Of a stretch of DNA of 64,000 bases, positions 52,398-64,000 are shown piece by piece. This DNA comes from Eledone cirrhosa (taxonomy: Eukaryota), in contig OZ024753.1 in NCBI GenBank assembly GCA_964016885.1, positions 9,982,001 through 10,046,000 on the forward strand. The letters are read 5' to 3'. The stretch's first letter is position 1. Each line of letters begins with the position of its first letter. A model generated the notes under the pieces. That model had not been told where the DNA came from, made no database searches, and saw nothing but the letters and a program-made list of their open reading frames with translations. Both the position numbers and the translations under genes were made by a program.

Positions 52398-53400
52398 TAG
52401 GACGGGTCCTCTTCAGCGCAGCATCTTTCCATTCGTTACGGTCCTTCATCATCTCTTCTGTGAGCTTCAGCGATCTGAGGTCTGCTCACCACCTCCACCC
52501 ATGTTTTTTGTGGTCTTCCTCTACTGCGTCTTCCTTCTACTGGGATTTCTTGGCACTTCTTTACCCAGTGGTCATCCTCCATGCGCATCACGTGTCCATA
52601 CCAACGCGGTCTTCTCTCCCGCACACTACAGTTTATTCTCATACACAGATTTTCTCCCAACTCGTCCATGCTTGGTTGTTCATGCACATTGACATTGCAC
52701 ATCGATCGGAGCATGCTTGCTTCATTTCTCTCCAGCCGTCACATCTCCTCCGGAGTTGCTGCCCATGTCTCACTACCATGCAGCATCACACATCTCACAC
52801 AGGCATCATACAACTGACCTTGCGTTCGTAGGGAGAAACCTTTCATTGTCAACAGAGGAAGCAGCTCCCTAAACTTCTTCCATCCTGTCCTTATTCTAGA
52901 TACTATGGCCTCGGAGCATCCTCCTCCCTTGCTAATCTGATCACCTAGGTATCAGAAGCTATCAACCAACTCTATAGATCTTACCAGCATTTGAAAAATG
53001 TGCTTATCACTGACACTTCTACTATCAATTTTCCCTGAACATCTACTACATATGTAGTTTTCTCTTCCTGTTAGTTTGCCTTCTATCCCACTACACCTCT
53101 TGTGTACCCAAGATCTGCATTGTGTACATTCTATAGAGTTTATGCCAACTCCGTTTCTACATAATATTGTAAATACCAGATTGTCAGCATGGAGAAGTTC
53201 ACATGGGCAGCCAGTCTTCTCTGTTATGGCTTGGAGAACTATAATGAATAAGAGTAGGCTGAGGACTGAACCCTGATGAACTCCTACTTGTATCTGGAAT
53301 TCCTCACTAAACTCCATTTCTACTCTCACTTTACTGACAGCTCCTCTGTACATAGCTTGCACTGTCTTCACAAACCATTCCTCTACACCTAGTTTTCTTA
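52398..53400 (-). mobile_element. Degraded RTE fragment (RT C-terminus, PHD-like finger, thumb)
   Basis: GVHQGSVLS, LLHADN, CTQCRSWVHKRC. Frameshifted. Confidence 0.9.
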
Positions 53401-53748
53401 TATACACACGCACATATGCATGCATATGTTTAGCAGAAAAAGTACTCAATACAGGAAGTAGAATTTATTTGTGTGCAACTTAGGGTCATGTGTGTCCAGT
53501 TTAGAATAGGTACACTGTATTCCTGCATGTTGTTAGAAGTGACTAAAAAGGTTGATATCAGGAGGGGCATTCACTTGTAAAACATTGAATTGCCTCAAAA
53601 AGTCCTGTCCAAACCCATGCCAGCATGGAAAGGCTGATATAGAAAGTAATGATGATGATGATGATTCACTCAATTGTTACAAGTGTTACTTGCTTGTATA
53701 CGTTCATTGATAACAACAACACAATCAGTCCTCATTGTCTTCATTTAA

Positions 53749-53960
53749 CCCTTTAGCATTTAACCCTTTAATGTTCAAACCGGCCAGAATTCTCTACCTC
53801 TTTCTGTTGAAACTGGCTGTAACTGGTCACTCAAACTTATGTTAAGGTATTGTTCTCAAAATAAATACTTTCAAAATCTCATAGATTCGATATTATGTGA
53901 GGTAAAGCCTTTACCATGAAAATATAATAGTATATATAGAGTAATGTGAATGCTAAAGGG
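53749..53960. mobile_element. piggyBac-type MITE with duplicated left end
   Basis: TTAA-CCCTTTAGCAT-TTAA-CCCTTTAATG ... AATGCTAAAGGG-TTAA. Confidence 0.8.
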
Positions 53961-54635
53961 TTAAACCAGGGCTGAGACTTGGACACTGACCAAGAGACTC
54001 ACTCAGATGGTGGGTGGGTGCTACATGAGAATGCTGAGGATGGCTCTGAACATTAATCAGTATACAATGAGGGTGAAGAACTCAGAGCTGTACGGGAGTC
54101 TCCCAAAAGTCAGCTCGAAAGTAACACAGAGACTGAGGTTAGCTGGACATGTTCACTGACATTCAGAGTTGACACTGCACTCAGTGCTCCTGTGGGAGCC
54201 CCGACATGTAGACACTTGAAGAGGGGGACTGAGGACGACATATATTGATGCCCTAAGGACAGACACTGGTCTGTGGGAGCACCTACATGTACACACTTGA
54301 AGAGGGGGACTGGGGACGACATATATTGATGCCCTAAGGACAGACACTGGTCTCTGGGAGATGAAGGACAGAGACTGCTGGAGTGAACTCGTCCATGGAT
54401 ATCGGGAACTTCAGCCAGCCTAGATAGATATCCTGTAAAAATTCTCTCACCTCTTTCTGTTCAAACCGGCTATAGCCAGCTGCTCATACTTATGTTAAGG
54501 GATTGTTCTCAAAATAAATAATATAAAAATCTTGTAGATTCTATATTATGTGTTTACTGTGAAAATACAATAGTATATAGAGAGTAATGTAAATGCTAAA
54601 GGGTTAATATCAATTTTTTGCCTGCTTACAAGTGT

Positions 54636-55277
54636 AATCATCATCATCATTTTACGTCCACTTTTCTCTGCTTGCAAGGGTGGGACGGGAACTGGTTCTG
54701 GCTTGATTTCTCCAGCTGGATGCCCTTCCTAACACCAACCTCATTTACAGTGAGTGCTGGGTTCTTTTTTCCGTGGAGCCTACACGACCACTTTACAGTG
54801 TGGGCTGGGTGCTTTTCTGCCGTAGCACCTCCACGACCACTTTGCAGTGGAATGATAGGGACCCCAGTCCCTATCATCGCATTTCTACAGCTGAGTAAAC
54901 TGGAGCAATGTGAAATAAAGTGTCTTGCTCAAGGAAACAACACATCACCTGGTCCGAGAATTGAACTCACAACCTTTCGATTGCAAGGCCAATGCTCTAA
55001 CCACTAAGCCATGTGCCTCCAATTTTGATATTATTTATAGGAGGCACATGGCTTAGTGGTTAGAGCATTGGCCTTGCAATTCAAAGGTTGTGAGTTCAAT
55101 TCTCAGACCGGGTGATGTGTTGTTTCCTTGAGCAAGACACTTTATTTCACATTGCTCCAGTTTACTCAGCTGTAGAAATGAGATGATAGGGACTGGGGTC
55201 CATATCATTCCACTGTAAAGTTCCCGTCCCACCCTTGCAAGTAGGGAAAAGTGGACATAAAATGATGATGATGATGA
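54636..55277. mobile_element. Head-to-head pair of SINE family 2 copies
   Basis: Minus copy 54636-55020 and plus copy 55040-55277, separated by a 19-bp spacer. Confidence 0.9.
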
Positions 55278-57193
55278 TATACTATTATATTTTTTGTGGT
55301 AAAGGCTTTACCTCATAATATCGAAGCTATGAGATTTTGATATTATTTATTTTGAGAACAATACCTTAACATAAGTATGAGTGGCTGATTTGAACAGAAA
55401 GAAGTGAAGGAATTCTGGCCAGATACGGTCAGTTTAAATGCTAAAGGGTTAACACTTCAGAGGACTTTGCATGTGGCATGTGCACAACTATGTAGTTTTA
55501 TAGTTTTTGACACATAGGTGACTTAACATTACTCTATACTAGCAGAAAAAGCACCCTTCAGGTGGTTTTCTGCTAGTATGTGTAGTGTGCATATTGATAT
55601 TATACGCAAGTATATATACATGTAGATATGATACATCAAATAAAATCGTAATTGACAATAAACACAGAAATTGAACCAAGACTGCGTTACACTGTCTTGT
55701 GTAATCAGTGATGTAATCCATGATAAATTAAACTGCATTAGGAGAAAATTAGAGACGGAAATATATGAATATTTATTTAAGATGGTATGAACAGAAAGAG
55801 GTGAGAAAATTCTGGCTGGATATGACCGGTTTAAATGTCAAAGGGTTAATTAACAGTGGAAGGGATTGCTCTGAAAGCATAGTAGCTAGAATAAGGACAT
55901 GCTGGAAAAAGTTTAGGGAGATACTACCTCCATTGACAACTAGGAGATTTTCTCTGCGATAGAATGGTAGATTGTCTGATGTCTGTGTGAGATGCGTAAT
56001 GTTGCATCTCTAAAGTCTGTCTCAAGCCTGGAGGCTCAACAGGCCGGTGTTTATCCCGGTTTCCATGGCGTTAAGCGATTGAGAGTACAGTACTCCTTGC
56101 TGGACAGGACGCCAGTCCATCGCAGGGTTAAACTCCCAGCTATTTCTGGTACTCATTTTCAGTTGAGTATACTGGAGCAACATGGAATGAAGTGTTTTGC
56201 TCAAGAAAACAACACACAACCCAGTCCAGGAACTGAACCCAGTGTTATGGCCATAAGTCTAACACCCTTATAACTAGGCCACATGCTTCCATGCAATGTT
56301 GAATGGCAGTAAAAAAAATGGTAGTACGTGCAGGGGATAGAGAGAGACTGGAGAGAAATAAAGCAAGCATGTTCTGTTATATGTGTTAGTGTTCATGAAA
56401 AATGGAGCATGGATGAACTGAAAGAAAAGCTGGGTAGACGAGGAATCAGTTGTGGTGCACAAGAAAGACTATACTGGTTGGGACTTGTGATCATCATTAT
56501 CATCATCACCGTTTTGTGTCCATTTTCCACACTAGCATGGGTTAGATGAGTTGTCCAGTTGTTGGCAATGCTAGGTTAGGTGACCATACTTTGTTCATAC
56601 AGAACTGATTTTGGCTTGGATTCTACAGCTGGATGTCCTTCCTAATGGCAACTTCATCTACAGTGAGTACTGGGTGCTTTTTGTCGTGATGTCTATGAAT
56701 GATGAATGGTGGGGCAAGAAGTACTTGGTGATGCCAGTAGAAGGAAGCTACATTAGGGAAAGATCAAGGAAAATATGGACAGGGGCGGTTAGGGCTGTTT
56801 CTTTTTTTTTTGTTTTACCTTACTCCGATGTTCCAACCTTTCCTTCCTCCCTGTAAACTCTCTATTTTCTGAAGCAGGACTTGTGTCCGAAACATTGAAA
56901 CTCTTCTACTTCTTCCTAAGCGTGAAACTAGTAAAACTTTGTATCTCTGTCTTGTCTAGTCTTGAACTATCTATCTATCTGTCTATATATCATCATCACC
57001 GTTTTACGTCCGTTCTTCCACACTATCATGGGTTAGACGGGTTGTCCTGTTGTAGGCAGTGTCTTGTCGGCTGACCATGCCTTGCTCATACGGGAACTGA
57101 TTCTGGCTTGATTTCTACAGCTGGATGCCCTTCCTAACACCAACCTCATTTACAATGAGTGCTGGGTGCTTTTTTGCAGTGGGAGAGTGTGGT

Positions 57194-57262
<69 letters not shown>

Positions 57263-57453
57263 TCATCATCAGCGTTTAACGTCTATCTTCCACGCTAGCA
57301 TGGGTTTAGACAGTAATTGTCCTACTTGAGGCAAGATTGGTCTTGTGACCATGTCTCGCTCGTATAGGACTGGCAGGTTTTCTACGGCTGGATGCCCTTC
57401 CTAACACCAATATATATATATATACACGTATATATATATATTATATATACATA

Positions 57454-57510
<57 letters not shown>

Positions 57511-57857
57511 TAGCTCAGTTGTTAGATCAGTCAGCTGCTATCTAAATGATAGAGAGTTTTCATTTCTTGTAGTGGCAGTTGGCTAACTTTTTCTTATCTA
57601 ACCCATGCTAACATGGACAAATGGCCATTAAACAATGATAATGATGATATATACATATATGTACACACACAGACACACATATATATATATATAGAGAGAG
57701 AGAGTGAGAGAATGCAGAGATACAGTGCACTTGTTCTAAACTGGATACACATAGTATATTTAGTTATTTTGAGAGGTTGATGAGTGGAAGGAAGGACTAG
57801 ATCAAATGAGTCAACAGAGGGACTGGCCTATTGGAACAGACTATTATAGGCTCAAAT

Positions 57858-59130
57858 AAGCTGTTAGGGAGATGAACAATGGTGTGACTGAGGGTCAAAG
57901 AAGCTGTTAGGGAGATGAACATTGGTGAGACTAAGGGTCAAAGAAGCTGTTAGGGAGATGAACATTGGTGAGACTGAGGGTCAAAGAAGCTGTTAGGGAG
58001 ATGAACAATGGTGTGACTGAGGGTCAAAGAAGCTGTTAGGGAGATGAACATTGGTGAGACTAAGGGTCAAAGAAGCTGTTAGGGAGATGAACAATGGTGT
58101 GACTGAGGGTCAAAGAAGCTATTAGGGAAAAAACATTGGTGAGATTGAGAGTCAAAGAAGCTGTTAGGGAGATGAACATTGGTGAGACTGAGAGTCAAAG
58201 AAGCTGTTAGGGAAAAAACATTGGTGAGATTGAGAGTCAAAGAAGCTGTTAGGGAGATGAACATTGGTGAGATTGAGAGTCAAAGAAGCTGTTAGGGAAA
58301 AAACATTGGTGAGATTGAGAGTCAAAGAAGCTGTTAGGGAGATGAACATTGGTGAGACTGAGAGTCAAAGAAGCTGTTAGGGAGATGAACATTGGTGAGA
58401 CTGAGAGTCAAAGAAGCTGTTAGGGAGATGAACATTGGTGAGACTGAGAGTCAAAGAAGCTATTAGGGAGATGAACATTGGTGAGACTGAGGGTCAAAGA
58501 AGCTGTTAGGGAGATGAACAATGGTGTGACTGAGGGTCAAAGAAGCTATTAGGGAAAAAACATTGGTGAGATTGAGAGTCAAAGAAGCTGTTAGGGAGAT
58601 GAACATTGGTGAGACTGAGAGTCAAAGAAGCTGTTAGGGAGATGAACATTGGTGAGACTGAGAGTCAAAGAAGCTATTAGGGAGATGAACATTGGTGAGA
58701 CTGAGAGTCAAAGAAGCTATTAGGGAGATGAACATTGGTGAGACTGAGAGTCAAAGAAGCTGTTAGGGAGATGAACATTGGTGAGACTAAGGGTCAAAGA
58801 AGCTGTTAGGGAGATGAACATTGGTGAGACTGAGAGTCAAAGAAGCTATTAGGGAGAAACATTGGTGAGACTGAGAGTCAAAGAAGCTGTTAGGGAGATG
58901 AACATTGGTGAGACTAAGGGTCAAAGAAGCTGTTAGGGAGATGAACATTGGTGAGACTGAGGGTCAAAGAAGCTGTTAGGGAGATGAACATTGGTGAGAC
59001 TGAGGGTCAAAGAAGCTGTTAGGGAGATGAACATTGGTGAGACTGAGGGTCAAAGAAGCTATTAGGGAGATGAATATTGGTGAGACTGAGGGTCAAAGAA
59101 GCTATTAGGGAGATGAATATTGGTGAGACT
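57858..59130. repeat. 43-bp minisatellite, about 30 copies
   Basis: Unit AGAAGCTGTTAGGGAGATGAACATTGGTGAGACTGAGAGTCAA; a 42-bp variant is present. Confidence 0.95.
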
Positions 59131-59269
59131 ACTGGATTGTGAGAGATAGTTGTTGTGATGTTGAAATCATCTGGTAAAGTAGGAAATGATCTAATTATTT
59201 GCATAATTAATTAGGTAAAGCTTGATGGCGTCATATCCATTGACTGACATAGCAGTACAATCATTAATT

Positions 59270-62200
59270 GATACAAGGGAGAAAGGGACACTTGAGAAAG
59301 CAGCAGTTAGTGACATTGTAGTCATTGTTACAAGGGAGGAGGTGACACTCTAGAAAAGAGCAGTGAGTGACGTTGTAGTCATTGTTACAAGGGAGGAGGT
59401 GACACTCTAGAAAAGAGCAGTGAGTGACGTTGTAGTCATTGTTACAAGGGAGGAGGTGACACTCTAGAAAAGAGCAGTGAGTGACGTTGTAGTCATTGTT
59501 ACAAGGGAGGAGGTGACACTCTAGAAAAGAGCAGTTAGTGACGTTGTAGTCATTGTTACAAGGGAGGAGGTGACACTCTAGAAAAGAGCAGTTAGTGACG
59601 TTGTAGTCATTGTTACAAGGGAGGAGGTGACACTCTAGAAAAGAGCAGTGAGTGACGTTGTAGTCATTGTTACAAGGGAGGAGGTGACACTCTAGAAAAG
59701 AGCAGTTAGTGACGTTGTAGTCATTGTTACAAGGGAGGAGGTGACACTCTAGAAAAGAGCAGTTAGTGACGTTGTAGTCATTGTTACAAGGGAGGAGGTG
59801 ACACTCTAGAAAAGAGCAGTTAGTGACGTTGTAGTCATTGTTACAAGGGAGGAGGTGACACTCTAGAAAAGAGCAGTTAGTGACGTTGTAGTCATTGTTA
59901 CAAGAGAGGAGGTGACACTCTAGAAAAGAGCAGTTAGTGACGTTGTAGTCATTGTTACAAGGGAGGAGGTGACACTCTAGAAAAGAGCAGTTAGTGACGT
60001 TGTAGTCATTGTTACAAGGGAGGAGGTGACACTCTAGAAAGCAGCAGTTAGTGACGTTGTAGTCATTGTTACAAGGGAGGAGGTGACACTCTAGAAAAGA
60101 GCAGTTAGTGACGTTGTAGTCATTGTTACAAGAGAGGAGGTGACACTCTAGAAAAGAGCAGTTAGTGACGTTGTAGTCATTGTTACAAGGGAGGAGGTGA
60201 CACTCTAGAAAAGAGCAGTTAGTGACGTTGTAGTCATTGTTACAAGGGAGGAGGTGACACTCTAGAAAGCAGCAGTTAGTGACGTTGTAGTCATTGTTAC
60301 AAGGGAGGAGGTGACACTCTAGAAAAGAGCAGTTAGTGACGTTGTAGTCATTGTTACAAGGGAGGAGGTGACACTCTAGAAAAGAGCAGTTAGTGACGTT
60401 GTAGTCATTGTTACAAGGGAGGAGGTGACACTCTAGAAAAGAGCAGTTAGTGACGTTGTAGTCATTGTTACAAGGGAGGAGGTGACACTCTAGAAAAGAG
60501 CAGTTAGTGACGTTGTAGTCATTGTTACAAGGGAGGAGGTGACACTCTAGAAAAGAGCAGTTAGTGACGTTGTAGTCATTGTTACAAGGGAGGAGGTGAC
60601 ACTCTAGAAAAGAGCAGTTAGTGACGTTGTAGTCATTGTTACAAGGGAGGAGGTGACACTCTAGAAAAGAGCAGTTAGTGACGTTGTAGTCATTGTTACA
60701 AGGGAGGAGGTGACACTCTAGAAAAGAGCAGTTAGTGACGTTGTAGTCATTGTTACAAGGGAGGAGGTGACACTCTAGAAAAGAGCAGTGAGTGACATTG
60801 TAGTCATTGTTACAAGGGAGGAGGTGACACTCTAGAAAAGAGCAGTTAGTGACGTTGTAGTCATTGTTACAAGGGAGGAGGTGACACTCTAGAAAAGAGC
60901 AGTTAGTGACGTTGTAGTCATTGTTACAAGGGAGGAGGTGACACTCTAGAAAAGAGCAGTTAGTGACGTTGTAGTCATTGTTACAAGGGAGGAGGTGACA
61001 CTCTAGAAAAGAGCAGTTAGTGACGTTGTAGTCATTGTTACAAGGGAGGAGGTGACACTCTAGAAAAGAGCAGTGAGTGACGTTGTAGTCATTGTTACAA
61101 GGGAGGAGGTGACACTCTAGAAAAGAGCAGTGAGTGACGTTGTAGTCATTGTTACAAGGGAGGAGGTGACACTCTAGAAAAGAGCAGTGAGTGACATTGT
61201 AGTCATTGTTACAAGGGAGGTGGTGACACTCTAGAAAAGAGCAGTGAGTGACGTTGTAGTCATTGTTACAAGGGAGGAGGTGACACTCTAGAAAAGAGCA
61301 GTGAGTGACGTTGTAGTCATTGTTACAAGGGAGGAGGTGACACTCTAGAAAAGAGCAGTGAGTGACGTTGTAGTCATTGTTACAAGGGAGGTGGTGACAC
61401 TCTAGAAAAGAGCAGTGAGTGACGTTGTAGTCATTGTTACAAGGGAGGTGGTGACACTCTAGAAAAGAGCAGTGAGTGATGTTGTAGTCATTGTTACAAG
61501 GGAGGAGGTGACACTCTAGAAAAGAGCAGTTAGTGACATTGTAGTCATTGTTACAAGGGAGGAGGTGACACTCTAGAAAAGAGCAGTGAGTGACGTTGTA
61601 GTCATTGTTACAAGGGGGGAGGTGACACTCTAGAAAAGAGCAGTTAGTGACATTGTAGTCATTGTTACAAGGGAGGAGGTGACACTCTAGAAAAGAGCAG
61701 TGAGTGACGTTGTAGTCATTGTTACAAGGGAGGAGGTGACACTCTAGAAAAGAGCAGTGAGTGACGTTGTAGTCATTGTTACAAGGGAGGAGGTGACACT
61801 CTAGAAAAGAGCAGTGAGTGACGTTGTAGTCATTGTTACAAGGGAGGAGGTGACACTCTAGAAAAGAGCAGTGAGTGACATTGTAGTCATTGTTACAAGG
61901 GAGGAGGTGACACTCTAGAAAAGAGCAGTGAGTGACGTTGTAGTCATTGTTACAAGGGAGGAGGTGACACTCTAGAAAAGAGCAGTGAGTGACGTTGTAG
62001 TCATTGTTACAAGGGAGGAGGTGACACTCTAGAAAAGAGCAGTGAGTGACATTGTAGTCATTGTTACAAGGGAGGAGGTGACACTCTAGAAAAGAGCAGT
62101 GAGTGACGTTGTAGTCATTGTTACAAGGGAGGAGGTGACACTCTAGAAAAGAGCAGTGAGTGACGTTGTAGTCATTGTTACAAGGGAGGAGGTGACACTC

Positions 62201-63580
62201 TAGAAAAGAGCAGTGAGTGACGTTGTAGTCATTGTTACAAGGGAGGAGGTGACACTCTAGAAAAGAGCAGTGAGTGACGTTGTAGTCATTGTTACAAGGG
62301 AGGAGGTGACACTCTAGAAAAGAGCAGTGAGTGACATTGTAGTCATTGTTACAAGGGAGGAGGTGACACTCTAGAAAAGAGCAGTGAGTGACGTTGTAGT
62401 CATTGTTACAAGGGAGGAGGTGACACTCTAGAAAAGAGCAGTGAGTGACGTTGTAGTCATTGTTACAAGGGAGGAGGTGACACTCTAGAAAAGAGCAGTG
62501 AGTGACGTTGTAGTCATTGTTACAAGGGAGGAGGTGACACTCTAGAAAAGAGCAGTGAGTGACATTGTAGTCATTGTTACAAGGGAGGAGGTGACACTCT
62601 AGAAAAGAGCAGTGAGTGACGTTGTAGTCATTGTTACAAGGGAGGAGGTGACACTCTAGAAAAGAGCAGTGAGTGACGTTGTAGTCATTGTTACAAGGGA
62701 GGAGGTGACACTCTAGCAAAGAGCAGTGAGTGACGTAGTCATTGTTACAAGGGAGGAGGTGACACTCTAGAAAAGAGCAGTTAGTGACGTTGTAGTCATT
62801 GTTACAAGGGAGGAGGTGACACTCTAGAAAAGAGCAGTTAGTGACGTTGTAGTCATTGTTACAAGGGAGGAGGTGACACTCTAGAAAAGAGCAGTGAGTG
62901 ACGTTGTAGTCATTGTTACAAGGGAGGTGGTGACACTCTAGAAAAGAGCAGTGAGTGATGTTGTAGTCATTGTTACAAGGGAGGAGGTGACACTCTAGAA
63001 AAGAGCAGTTAGTGACATTGTAGTCATTGTTACAAGGGAGGAGGTGACACTCTAGAAAAGAGCAGTGAGTGACGTTGTAGTCATTGTTACAAGGGGGGAG
63101 GTGACACTCTAGAAAAGAGCAGTTAGTGACATTGTAGTCATTGTTACAAGGGAGGAGGTGACACTCTAGAAAAGAGCAGTGAGTGACGTTGTAGTCATTG
63201 TTACAAGGGAGGAGGTGACACTCTAGAAAAGAGCAGTGAGTGACGTTGTAGTCATTGTTACAAGGGGTGAGGTGACACTCTAGAAAAGAGCAGTGAGTGA
63301 CGTTGTAGTCATTGTTACAAGGGAGGAGGTGACACTCTAGAAAAGAGCAGTGAGTGACGTTGTAGTCATTGTTACAAGGGAGGAGGTGACACTCTAGAAA
63401 AGAGCAGTGAGTGACGTTGTAGTCATTGTTACAAGGGGTGAGGTGACACTCTAGAAAAGAGCAGTGAGTGACGTTGTAGTCATTGTTACAAGGGAGGAGG
63501 TGACACTCTAGAAAAGAGCAGTTAGTGACGTTGTAGTCATTGTTACAAGGGAGGTGACTCTCGAGAAAGGACAGTGACAT
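59270..63580. repeat. 57-bp satellite, about 75 highly homogeneous copies
   Basis: Unit GTTACAAGGGAGGAGGTGACACTCTAGAAAAGAGCAGT(G/T)AGTGACGTTGTAGTCATT. Confidence 0.97.
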
Positions 63581-64000
63581 TGAACTGATGTGAAAGAGAC
63601 TAAAGAAATTTTAGCACAGTTAATTAGGGATTGAAAATTACCAGTAAATATAAAATAGGATCCATGATTGCTTAATTCCTTAACTATTGCTAAAATATTG
63701 AAACCTGGAGCTGCTGTTCAGAAAATTGCAGTGTTTCAGAAACATTTGATATTTCACATCCCTCCTCCCCCTCCTTTGTTTGATATCAATATATGTTGAT
63801 ATGAAGCACCAAATAAATTGCAATTTGCTTTGCTTAGCAACAAGCTGTTAGATGTTGAGGAAAGGAAGTAGGCTTATTGTGAGATAAATAGCTGAAAAAA
63901 GAAATTGTTATTGGATGGTGGGATGGTTAATTTTTGAGAAATTAGGAAGTTGTCAATTAAACCCAGAGAGAGATATGGAGGAGGAGGGGGGGGGGTGATA

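Noticed and set aside
55040-55110. tRNA gene-like sequence
   Set aside because: It is a SINE head: the acceptor stem is not formed and it continues into the SINE body.

Overview
AT-rich, microsatellite-dense animal DNA. The repeat content suggests an octopod cephalopod, but that is inference only. Almost all ORFs in the track are artefacts of (TA)n/(CA)n microsatellites or minisatellites. Real protein-coding signal is limited to RTE-clade LINE remnants; the best is a 5'-truncated copy at ~34929-37555 (minus) with an intact RT domain and an embedded PHD-like finger. The window also holds two tRNA-derived SINE families (one shares its 3' tail with the RTE), piggyBac-, hAT- and mariner-type MITEs, many minisatellites, a probable promoter near 41.3-41.8 kb and a few weak splice-site-defined exons. 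The main observation is a set of short non-coding elements lying in (TA)n tracts. They carry minimal type I hammerhead ribozymes (eight complete cores at six loci, plus truncated ones) with covarying stems and mostly self-complementary stem III. They share a 3' ACTC...GAGTGCT hairpin and usually occur as fold-back or inverted copies, so some loci encode a hammerhead on both strands. They resemble non-autonomous Penelope-like/retrozyme elements.
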